Shown here in pieces: positions 32,256 through 40,921 of a stretch of DNA of 40,921 nt (its first letter is position 1; every line of letters begins with the position of its first letter). This DNA is from an uncultured Nitrososphaeraceae archaeon. GTDB taxonomy: Archaea; Thermoproteota; Nitrososphaeria; Nitrososphaerales; Nitrososphaeraceae. Position numbers and translations under genes: made by a program. The DNA lies in contig CAVSMN010000006.1 of the NCBI GenBank assembly GCA_963729045.1, forward strand, positions 1 through 40,921, read 5' to 3'. A model generated the notes under the pieces. It saw only the letters and a program-made list of their open reading frames with translations, ran no database searches and was not told where the DNA came from.

Positions 32256-32567
32256 TCGATTTGGAAGATCTCACTGCTCCTAAAGGACGCCTAGCTGAAT
32301 TAAAGGCTCCCAATGTGTTATGGTAATGAAAGCTGTTCAGAATGCATTAAATCAGCTATAGAAGCCAATAAAGAAAATCAGTTATCAGAAGGGATCGAGC
32401 TATTGAAGATAAAATAGGACATTATCCTTTAAGGTTCTGATATAGTTCCACATGAATTTATGATCGAAATTATCAAGAGAATGAATAATTTTGATGATTA
32501 TCAAATAGTTCCGCTGTTAAAAAAATCCGAACGAAAAAATGAATATGAAGAAAGAGTACAGGGATAA
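32256..32567 (+). pseudogene. Decayed gene of unknown family
   Basis: Protein-like frame ...ECIKSAIEANKENQLSEGIELLKIK*DIIL*GSDIVPHEFMIEIIKRMNNFDDYQIVPLLKK... with TAG at 32415 and TAA at 32430. Confidence 0.4.
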
Positions 32568-33135
32568 CATAAAAGTGATGGTTGATAACTTGTTACTAAA
32601 TATTATATCTATACTTGACAAATAGGATAAGAGAAATACACCACTCTATTTTGATTTGCTTAATGGTATATTCAACCCTTACCGTTGGTCTTAAATTATA
32701 CCATAAAGATTAGTATTATTTTGAACATTTGTAAAATTTTTTTGTTGTAGATACAGTAAAATTCATAGAGATTTCCATAAGGAAAAGCCGTATTAATAAA
32801 AACTGTAAACTCGCAACCGACAACAATCAAGTAAATTCCAATAACTCATGAGATTTAATATACATAATATTGGAATCATACTCTGATTTATTTTGAAGTA
32901 TTTTTAGATATCGTTTTCTTTTAAGAGATATTTTGCTAGATCTATAGCACGCGATTAAAAGTAATAGTTATACCATCTAAGAATGACTAAGAAACATATA
33001 GGGATTAGCAAGATTAGTGGTATATCTTCTTATTTGTATCTCCCTTTCTATTGTTGCCATTACTGTCGCAAGTGTAATTTACTCCAAAATATTAATTAAA
33101 TATCAATTCAAGAAATAAAAAATATTATTCACATT

Positions 33136-33423
33136 TCAGATCCCGTCAATCAGACTGCTTAATCTATATTTTACTAGTTTAATGGAATTATTGTTTGGAA
33201 ACTCTACAGCATCCTTTGATTTTAGCCATTTTAAGTTATTTTTTAGAATTGTCATTGTTTTTGACTTGTCTTGAGTGGAATTTGGATACCGGGCTTCATA
33301 AATTTCATCTAAACTCCAAATTTCTTTATCTGGATTTGACGTGCACATTGTATAAAGCTGAACCACAAAACTATCTATTCCGTTTTTGAATGGATCGAAT
33401 GTTATAGTTTTAGTTTTCTGCAT
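33136..33423 (-). CDS. Hypothetical protein, possible winged-helix fold
   Basis: WSLDEIYE...LKNNLKWLKSKDAVEF..NSIKL resembles a wHTH recognition helix plus wing. Confidence 0.6.
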   Translation of the reverse strand: MQKTKTITFDPFKNGIDSFVVQLYTMCTSNPDKEIWSLDEIYEARYPNSTQDKSKTMTILKNNLKWLKSKDAVEFPNNNSIKLVKYRLSSLIDGI

Positions 33424-33546
33424 AATTACTAAATAAAATCATACTTGCATAAAAAGTTTATAATATATTTTATTCCTTTATGGAAAATTTACATACTTTT
33501 AGATATATTAACCGTTTTTAATAGATAATATCTTTTTTATATAATT

Positions 33547-33883
33547 ATGTCCAACATTTAGCGGCCGTATATTTAGTAATAGAATGTTCAATGAGCAAAT
33601 TGCAAAGCTTCGCTACGATATAGATATGGTATAATTCAAACTTTAATGCCATTGACTGTTTACAAAATAGTTTAGAAATTGCCAGATTTAACATTGATGG
33701 GTATCATATATGGATAGAAAAAGATTATTGTTCACAACCCCCTTAGCGATTGAACGAGAGGCGGATTTGAATCGGTTCTTTGATGATATCAATGTAAAAG
33801 TTGTTTCCTCTGAAGTGGACGGAGGGAGCAAAATTAGGGATAGACAACCCTTTTGGACTATATTAAAGAAACTCCATGAATAA
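33547..33883 (+). pseudogene. Decayed hypothetical gene
   Basis: Fragments in shifting frames: LQNSLEIARFNIDGYHIWIEKDYCSQP / LAIEREADLNRFFDDINVKVVSSEVDGGSKIRDRQPFW. Confidence 0.55.
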
Positions 33884-34081
33884 ATGCTGAAAATACATCA
33901 TTATGAGATAAATGTGCGCGACACTAGAAGGAATTTAAAGGTCAGCTGCAGTCAAATAAGATTGATTAATTATATTACCATAGTTATTTGTTTATAAGAT
34001 ACTGAAAAAGGGGGAGCACTGTTTTTTTCTGATTTAGAATAAGATTATTAAATAATTTGAAAATGAGTAAAAAAAAGGAAA

Positions 34082-34432
34082 TTATGGACAATCAACGGCG
34101 GACTGATTCGATAATCGCAGACATTCCTCTTGACTGTTTACTGTTCCAGCGTCAGCTGCGGTAATGTTTGGATTGCTTATGTTGGTATCATTTCCAAAAA
34201 TTGCTGCATTGCTACCCTCAATACCTTCAAGTGTTTGAATCGTCTCGGGGCCGGTTTCGTTCACTGGAGCATAATAATCTTCAGAATTATTTTTAGTTCC
34301 TACTTCACCTGGAGTTCCAGTTACTATTTGAGCTACTGCTACACCAGAAAGTGGTCCTGCGAATGCGGTTGCAAGGAGGATAAAAATAGTCGGCACCATT
34401 ACAATCATCAAAGTGTTGTTTGATAGATTCAT
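34082..34432 (-). CDS. Secreted acidic low-complexity protein with a C-terminal Cys pair
   Basis: Signal peptide ...VAVA|Q; N/T/E-rich body; ends ECLRLSNQSAVDCP. Confidence 0.75.
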   Translation of the reverse strand: MNLSNNTLMIVMVPTIFILLATAFAGPLSGVAVAQIVTGTPGEVGTKNNSEDYYAPVNETGPETIQTLEGIEGSNAAIFGNDTNISNPNITAADAGTVNSQEECLRLSNQSAVDCP

Positions 34433-34601
34433 TACATTTGTTAATATGGAGTCAAATTAAAACATTTTGCCCCATTAATACTTCCATAGGAATCAAATTA
34501 AACGTGAATATCCAGCCTTTAAATGTGGCTCCATGCACTGGGGCCAGAAGCAGCGAATGCTTAAATTGATGGTGGAGGCGAAGTTAGATGGATATCCACA
34601 T

Positions 34602-35594
34602 CTATCCTTTACCAGGATTGAATATCTCATTCAGGCTACTTGATGAACCCCCTGGTTGTGGTCCACCACCAATTACATAGATCATGTTGTCAATCGCAAC
34701 TGCAACCAAACCATGACGTGCCGTTGGCATACTCATCTCAGAGGTCCATGCATCAGATACCACATCAAACTTTTCATTATTGTTAAATGTGCCCGTTGGT
34801 TGTTCTCCTCCAAAGACATAGATTGACTCATTTACGGCTATTGCAGCAGAAGATAAGCCACCTCTTTTTGAAGGCATTGGTTCCAGTATAGTCCACTTAT
34901 CAGTTACTGGATCATATACCTCATTAGCATCAACGTTGGAAGCCATTCCATTGGTTCTTCCACCCATAACGTATAGTCTATCATTAATGACTGCTGAGGT
35001 TAGGTGTTCTCTGGCTGTTGGCATAGGTGCTTTTTCCGTCCACTGATCTAGAGAAGGATTGTATACTAAAGTACTTGTCAATGTGTTTTCAGAATCCACA
35101 CCTCCGGTCACATATAGCATCCCATTGATAAAATTGGCAGTTAATGCCCCACGGGGAGTTGGAAGACTTGCTCCTTCAGTCCAATTATTTGTACTCGAAT
35201 CATATATGTACAGTTTATCCGATAATGTATCTCTGTTAAGATAGCCTCCTCCAACCACATAGAGTTTCCCATTAAAAGATGCTGCAGCGGCATGGTCTAG
35301 TGGTTGGGGCAATGAAGTCGATCGAGTCCAATTGCCAGTTATAGGGTCATACACCTCTACGGTAGAAGTACTGCGGTCATCGTTGTCAAACCCACCAAGA
35401 ATGTATATTTTATCATTTAATACAGCCCCAGCAATTTCAGACCTTGCCGTTGGCATAGACGTCCCTGTAGTCCAATATGGTTCTGTGGATACAGACAAAG
35501 AAAAGGCCAATTGGGAAATAGAAGATGGTAAAATGTTGAATGTTACTAGTAATACAATTCCAGTTGAGATTAATTTCAAATTATATATAGACAA
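34602..35594 (-). CDS. Secreted Kelch-repeat beta-propeller protein
   Basis: Six repeats of MPTAR...IYV.GG...E.YDP...W after a signal peptide. Confidence 0.93.
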   Translation of the reverse strand: MSIYNLKLISTGIVLLVTFNILPSSISQLAFSLSVSTEPYWTTGTSMPTARSEIAGAVLNDKIYILGGFDNDDRSTSTVEVYDPITGNWTRSTSLPQPLDHAAAASFNGKLYVVGGGYLNRDTLSDKLYIYDSSTNNWTEGASLPTPRGALTANFINGMLYVTGGVDSENTLTSTLVYNPSLDQWTEKAPMPTAREHLTSAVINDRLYVMGGRTNGMASNVDANEVYDPVTDKWTILEPMPSKRGGLSSAAIAVNESIYVFGGEQPTGTFNNNEKFDVVSDAWTSEMSMPTARHGLVAVAIDNMIYVIGGGPQPGGSSSSLNEIFNPGKG

Positions 35595-35720
35595 TCAACA
35601 ATCAAGCTATATTCCAGTCTTCTCCTAAAATACTTTATTGTATACAACGATTAAAAACAGAGTTGAAGATGCCAAATATAGATAATATAGCATGAAGATA
35701 ATAATTGTTACTTGGAACTA

Positions 35721-35789
35721 GATATTAGCGAAATAATCAGAAAAAAGATAAGGCCGGTGTCGGATGAACTGGAAAATAAACTAAGTTGA
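35721..35789 (+). pseudogene. Remnant 3' end of a second SSV-type integrase
   Basis: Encodes DISEIIRKKIRPVSDELENKLS*, versus DINEIITKRIRPVLDELMKELI* at 38651-38719; both share GATAAGGCCGGTGT. Confidence 0.8.
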
Positions 35790-36276
35790 TTTTGCAATAA
35801 AACAGAGTGTGGTCTAAAGTCTTATGAACGACTCAAAACTATATCCATTCAGACATTAAATGCTTACATTCAGATATTGAAAATAATGGTCATGTTTCAG
35901 GCGGGAAGTGTTAGTTCCCGGACCATACGATTCGAGTTTTGCAAATAATTGGCAATGAATAAATGGTAATTTTTAATTGATAATGAGTTACCGTGATAGA
36001 AGCAATAGTGCAATTAATTGCCACTTTTTATGTTCTCGTATTTAATGCAGTAGTTAAATTCAATAACGAAAGGCTCAGATTCATTCCAATATTTCTTAAA
36101 TAAAATCTCTTGGTATTATATGTGAGTATTGAGTCGTAAGAATCGATAACTACTGTGAAGAACTTATTCGCTTACTAGGTATTGGTATTTAAGTTAGGAT
36201 CAATAGTTTATATGTTACATTGTTTCATAACGAATCTGACAAATTATTATTTTAAATCTGTGTGGACAAAAAAATT

Positions 36277-36301
36277 TATAGATGGTTTCGATCCGTCTAT
36301 A
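36277..36301 (-). terminator. Hairpin followed by a T-tract, downstream of the HbpS-like gene
   Basis: TATAGATGG-tttcgat-CCGTCTATA inverted repeat with one non-Watson-Crick position; minus-strand T7 run at ~36268-36274. Confidence 0.35.
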
Positions 36302-36331
36302 CTATATCCACTCTGTTATCCTTGTTGTTGA

Positions 36332-37009
36332 CTAAGGGCTAGACTTTATTGAAGTCAAGTTATTGCCTGTAACATTACTATTCAAGTTTAAATTAGCATT
36401 GGTAACAGATGTGTTGTTTGTTGGATTGCTGAGACTGCTTGTGTCTGAATTAGATAAACTTGAGGCTATTGTTGCAAGTCCTGCAGTGGCACATTCCTCA
36501 TCGATTTTACCGCTTGGAGCTCCACTTACACCAAACCCGCCGACGAGTTCATTGCCTGCTTTAATGGGGAGGCCACCAGGCAGGACAGTGAACCCTTCAA
36601 CCGCTATTATTCCAGGGCTAGAGCTCTTGGCTCGCTCCTCTAATGCGGATGTAGGTGACTGAAAGCCCACAGCAGCATATGCTTTATCTCGTGCAACCTC
36701 AACTGAAGCACCGGTAGTTCCGTCGCCCCTGGCCAGTAGAATGTCAACACCATCTCGATTCAGCACAGAGACAGTGACAGGAAATCCTTTGTCGGTACAG
36801 GCAGCTTGTGTGGCCATTGCTAATTGTTGGGCGACTTTTAACGGAATGATGTGTTGTGTATTTAGAACCATTGACGTTGAATTATCCCCCGTTGCTTTGG
36901 CATCGTTTACCATGAATGACAGAAAGAAAACCCCAAGTCCTGATAATATCATTAGTACCAAAAATCTGGAATATTTAGACTTGTTAGAATCTGGTAGTTT
37001 TATTTTCAT
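36332..37009 (-). CDS. Exported heme-binding protein, GlcG/HbpS family
   Basis: VTVSVLNRDG, RGDG...ARDKAYAA, PGGLPI, GGFGVSGAPSGKIDEECA; N-terminal signal/TM; S/T/N-rich tail. Confidence 0.88.
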   Translation of the reverse strand: MKIKLPDSNKSKYSRFLVLMILSGLGVFFLSFMVNDAKATGDNSTSMVLNTQHIIPLKVAQQLAMATQAACTDKGFPVTVSVLNRDGVDILLARGDGTTGASVEVARDKAYAAVGFQSPTSALEERAKSSSPGIIAVEGFTVLPGGLPIKAGNELVGGFGVSGAPSGKIDEECATAGLATIASSLSNSDTSSLSNPTNNTSVTNANLNLNSNVTGNNLTSIKSSP

Positions 37010-37489
37010 TTAGAAGTTAGTCGATAGAATATTTATTAAGTATTTTGGGGGAGTTGCATTATTTTGATAATCTCATTCCCGAGATTCCGAATAAATATCA
37101 TAGTGTCAACAAAATCTGCTCCTGCTATATGAAAATCTTGTAGCATTGTATAGTATTATAACTTGGCTGTAATTTAGGTCCAAAGTGAACAAACTCCACA
37201 TGAGAGTGAGGTTTTCTGACTGAATCAACATCATAAGCGGCTGTACAATTACCTTGTCACCAAGAAAAGGAACCCCATGGGCGATAGTCTTTGGGCAACA
37301 AAAGTGAAGGGCAACTTAAACTGAGATTGAACTATCCCACATGATGTTTGCCTGGTGAAACGCAGTAAATTCGTATATTTTAATTAGTAGTTACAAAGGA
37401 GCAAGGAATAGAAGGTGAGCCAGATTGATTAAAGCAAGTTTCGAAAACTTATGAGTACAAACTAAAATCGATTATCAAGAAGAAAATTA

Positions 37490-37855
37490 TTGAATTTTGT
37501 AGGGAAAGAAATTCCTGTGATAGAAGTTCTATTTCCTAACCTAACAGATCTTACTAAATCCAGAAAGAAACAAAGTTTCGACTTGGCATCAAACAATCTT
37601 ACTAGAAACAGTAAGATGACAGATAACAGTAATATTGTAAATCTCCCAACAATTCCTCACATTCATGAAAATTCTACAAGATTAAATCACAATAAATTAT
37701 ATAACTGCCATGGGAATACATATCAGAAGAAAAGAAGGAGGGTCCGTAGCGTAGTCAGGATATCGCGGCGGTCTTCGGAACCTTGTAAGGAAACGGTTCC
37801 TCAGATAGTAAATTCAAACTTCAATGAGTCTATATTCAAATCAACAAATCAATGA
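37490..37855 (+). CDS. Putative N-terminal part of the integrase, read through the att/tRNA fragment
   Basis: Open for 83 codons before the att, translates the tRNA half as RVRSVVRISRRSSEP, and overlaps the next integrase fragment. Confidence 0.45.
   Translation: MNFVGKEIPVIEVLFPNLTDLTKSRKKQSFDLASNNLTRNSKMTDNSNIVNLPTIPHIHENSTRLNHNKLYNCHGNTYQKKRRRVRSVVRISRRSSEPCKETVPQIVNSNFNESIFKSTNQ
37740..37782 (+). tRNA. 5' half of tRNA-Arg(TCG), partial (43 nt); probable att site
   Basis: GGGTCCG-TA-GCGT-AGTCAGGATA-TCGC-G-GCGGT-CT[TCG]GA-ACC gives the acceptor 5' strand, D-arm and anticodon loop, then diverges. No T-arm or acceptor 3' strand follows. Confidence 0.85.
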
Positions 37856-38719
37856 GGAAAAATTGAATGGTCTAAAGATTGATTGGGAAGGTTATAGAGA
37901 ATATCTAACCAATCTAAACAAATCAAAGAAAGAGATACAAAATAAACTTGGATATGGAAAGACCTATTCATACATTTTAGAAACGGGAAATGCCCAAGAA
38001 TTATGAAAGTAACTAATGGATGTAGAGTCCACGCTATGAGAGCTTTATCAACTCTGTCAAAGTATACAGGTTGTTATGACGAATGGATGAAAATAGTAAA
38101 GAAATATCAGCTAAAATGGAAGAATGAGAACTACAATTCACTAAATACGTTTAAGAACATATTTGAAATTGAAGAAGGAAGTGAACAAAGTCTTCCAAAG
38201 ATGATTATGTGGATAAAGACAAGCATTTCCGCACTACCAAAGGAAGTCAGCAATATCTTACTATTCAATACGCTAACAGGATTAAGGCCAGAAGAAGCAC
38301 AAAAAGCCATTCATCTTATCAAGACCAAAAGAGACGAATATGTCAATGATGTCAAAGGATTACTTTTACACTATCTATATCCAACTATATTCTTCAGGAC
38401 AACTAAAAAGTGCTACATATCAATAATAAACAAGAACATTTTAGATTTGGTGCAATCTATCGAACTAAGAGATTCGTACTATTATACAGTGAGAAGTGCT
38501 TTTGATAGAAGCAGACTGAAAATGAACATGTACCTCTGTCGCAAGGTCTTTGCTACTTATTTTCGAAACAAGGGAATAGAGCCAGAGATTATTGATTTAT
38601 TGCAAGGAAGAATTAGTGGTTCGGTGTTTGTTAATCATTACTATAGACCTGACATCAACGAGATAATCACAAAGAGGATAAGGCCGGTGTTGGATGAGTT
38701 GATGAAGGAATTGATTTAG
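37824..38719 (+). mobile_element. SSV1-type archaeal tyrosine integrase, C-terminal/catalytic part; one-base frameshift near 38003
   Basis: TLTGLRPEEA, FFRTTKKCYISI, YLCRKVFATY, IIDLLQGR, VFVNHYYRP. 37824..38006 joins 38003..38719 by adding one base. Confidence 0.9.
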
Positions 38720-38857
38720 TAGAAAATAATCAAACAGTTCAAATTTGGTAGTTATATAAAAAAATGTTAGAATTGGATATTGAATTTAAAGGTAATACTA
38801 TTATAGCAATTACCATTATATATTGATGAATAACCTTTTGTTTTCTTCTAATTTCCA

Positions 38858-39522
38858 TGTGTATTATAATATTGAAAGTTTATTTAAACCAAAGGAAATA
38901 CGAGAGAAAGAAAAGAATATCATCTATTACAACATAAGAGTGATGATAACCTTTTACTCGATCCTCCTCCTAGTTCACATATAATCTTAATTTATGAAAA
39001 CCAATATGATTTAGATAATGCAATTTCGACTTATATTAATGAAGGATTAAAACGAGGTCAAATATGTGTTCATGCGTCTGTCAGTCTAAGAAATGAAGAC
39101 TATTTGGAGATTTTCTCATCACAAATTACAAATTATCAAGAAAATGTAGAAAAAGGAAATGTTTTGTAGACTTGGCGCCTTATTATGTTGATGCAATGGT
39201 AGGAAATTTGGAATCTTTTGATAAGCTGAAGGAAGAGTGATTAGTATCTCTCAAGAACAAAAATAGAAGGGACAACCATATGCGAATAACTGGAGATTGT
39301 GCAATGTTGTTACTTAAGAATAAACATCTGGAGCCGTGTATATTAGTTGAAGAATGGTGGCACCAAAATCCTTTAGAGGGTTCCTATTTGTGTCCACATC
39401 CAAGATCATTATTAAGCCAATTTCCAATTAATGCTTATATTTCTAAATTATTTCATAACCATGATATAATTATAGACAGTAATGGGAAATTGATTCCAGA
39501 GTATATGCAACAAATCAAATAA
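38858..39522 (+). pseudogene. MEDS (DcmR-like sensory) domain protein, frameshifted as assembled; start approximate
   Basis: SHIILIYENQYDLDNAISTYINEGLKRGQICVH...VEKGN / VDLAPYY...FDKLKEE / RITGDCA...EEWWH...YLCP in successive frames. Confidence 0.75.
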
Positions 39523-39592
39523 ACAAATCACAAAACGATTTATTCAAGTCAGTCAAAATGATAATCAGAGATGGAGAAGATATAGGATATAT

Positions 39593-40586
39593 TTACATAT
39601 TATTTGTAACATCGGAAAGACTCTCAACCTCATTCCAGAATTTCTCAAACAAGATTTCCTGGATAAAAATTTGATGTTTCTCATTTGAATATAATGCCTC
39701 TAAATTACCAATTTGATTGTATTTTATTTGAAATAGGTGTTTGCTGTCACTCATTATTACCATTTCATTAAAGTTGCCTAGTCTGTTTGAATATCTTAAA
39801 AGAATCGGGGGGTTATTGTTATTGCTTTTACTTTTATTATTTGATATATCTATAGTATTCATTAAAGATTCGTCAAAATTATCAACTAAGATTTTGGTAC
39901 TTATATCTCTACTTGATAATAACAAAAAATAATTAAAAAGGTTAGACCTACAGGTCATTATATCATGCATCAATTTAGTCGATGAAAATATGAGTAATTC
40001 CTTTTTACTCTGTTCGAATAAGTAGTAAATTTCGTTACGAATTTCATCATAATTTGTGATAATGTTAGGAGCAATATCACTATCTTGACGTTCTATCTCT
40101 TTAATACGAGATGAAAGAGGTATACCCATATTCATAATTTATTAAATACCTTTTGTTGCTTTTACTAGAGAGAAGGAATTACTAAATACTCCTTGATTAG
40201 GAGGCTTATTGTCTGTAAGTAAAATGTATACCATATAACATCTTGAATCCATTATTCCAAAATTTCCTCTAATACCGTCCAAGTGTCTTATTTCCCCTAA
40301 TATTATAAATATTAAACGAATCAATATTTTCGCGTGTTAATTCTATTACAAATCTGGATTTGATTCCTTTGGTTTTCATCTTTTTTCTTCCTATAGAAAA
40401 CCCTTCCTTAAAGTTATTAAGAAGAAAAGATAAAAATTGAGCATCCCAGACACTATCAAAACCTTTTTAAATTTCTACCGCATTTAGACTAAGTTCTAAT
40501 AATTTATCCCACTCATGAATGACTTGGGTTATTTCAGGATGATATTGATATGATTCCTTTAATTGTTTAAAGGTATATTCATCCAC
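39593..40586 (-). pseudogene. Sensor/regulator with tandem TrmB/PLD-like domains of the kind found N-terminal in nitrososphaeral sensor kinases; at least 4 frameshifts
   Basis: GTG 40586...PEITQVIHEWD / GFDSVWD...KGIKSRFVIELTRENI / GEIRHLDGIRGNFGIMD...SNS.SLVK / QQKVFNKL / NMGIPLSSRIKEIE...EILFEKFWNE; no kinase domain seen. Confidence 0.75.
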
Positions 40587-40674
40587 TAAAATGAATTAAA
40601 TGATATAGAATAAAAACATCTCTGCTATTATTATGAATTTTGATATTTTTCTTTATTGTTCGGTTTAATTATCA

Positions 40675-40869
40675 TCATCTATTGAACATCGCCTCAATCT
40701 TTGCTCTCAATATCTTAGGGTTCTCTTTATCAATAGCAAAACCAGTTGTATCTATGTTCCCATCATCCATGTAGACGTGTTTAGCAACAGAATACATATC
40801 TTCATAGTCTGATTTACCTGGATGCTTTTTATCCAAGTCTGTGACAGTTACCACTACTTTGTCAACCAT
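40675..40869 (-). CDS. Hypothetical protein (64 aa)
   Basis: Clean ATG ORF with balanced, protein-like composition. Confidence 0.65.
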   Translation of the reverse strand: MVDKVVVTVTDLDKKHPGKSDYEDMYSVAKHVYMDDGNIDTTGFAIDKENPKILRAKIEAMFNR

Positions 40870-40921
40870 GTTATATGAGAATTAAGTGTCAATTGCGGAA
40901 TTAATAAGATTTCACCATTAA

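Noticed and set aside
34448..34504. Imperfect direct repeat GGAGTCAAATTAAA / GGAATCAAATTAAA as a target-site duplication
   Set aside because: AT-rich, only about 40 bp apart, with nothing mobile between the copies; more likely a promoter-region duplication.
6575..35594. CRISPR array or DGR-type repeats
   Set aside because: The repeats seen are protein-level (NHL, Kelch, cupredoxin duplication). No regularly spaced identical repeats, cas genes or reverse transcriptase were found.
1904..37013. Short opposite-strand ORFs nested in real genes (e.g. 1904, 4500, 5806, 7211, 11954, 13490, 15153, 17228, 19483, 21506, 26498, 29383, 34130, 35059, 36363, 36741)
   Set aside because: They overlap well-supported genes on the other strand and show no family motifs.
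37216..37370. Hammerhead ribozyme (CTGACTGA...GAAA) or RNase P RNA-like motifs
   Set aside because: Core spacing is wrong, stems I-III cannot be formed, and the RNase P P4 pairing motifs are absent.
37740..37830. Complete, intron-containing or trans-spliced split tRNA-Arg
   Set aside because: No T-arm or acceptor 3' strand downstream, no bulge-helix-bulge or GC-rich pairing leader seen, and the integrase context explains it as an att site.

Overview
AT-rich archaeal chromosome segment. Gene content and order point to an ammonia-oxidising archaeon of the Nitrososphaeraceae (Ca. Nitrosocosmicus-like); this assignment is an inference. About 1-30 kb is mostly core genome: rsmA(ksgA)-DUF655-rpo4-rpl21e, a RadA-family ATPase, a tetrapyrrole cluster (sirC-hemA-hemB, then hemL-hemC-cobA-hemD, separated by a ~2.9 kb insert), sufB-sufD-Rieske, a serA-like dehydrogenase, and a heme-copper oxidase cluster. 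The oxidase cluster comprises a small TM protein, CoxB fused to a blue-copper domain, CoxA, a membrane-anchored blue-copper protein missed by the ORF track, CtaA and a candidate Cu chaperone. It is followed by npdG, an aminotransferase and a CPA2 antiporter. About 30-41 kb is accessory DNA: small hypotheticals, pseudogenes, secreted Kelch and HbpS-like proteins, and an SSV-type tyrosine integrase whose upstream reading frame contains the 5' half of tRNA-Arg(TCG). A second, decayed integrase tail lies ~3 kb upstream of the intact integrase's tail. Many genes carry 1-2 bp indels, densest at both window ends, so much of the apparent pseudogenisation may be assembly error. No CRISPR array, rRNA or complete tRNA was seen.
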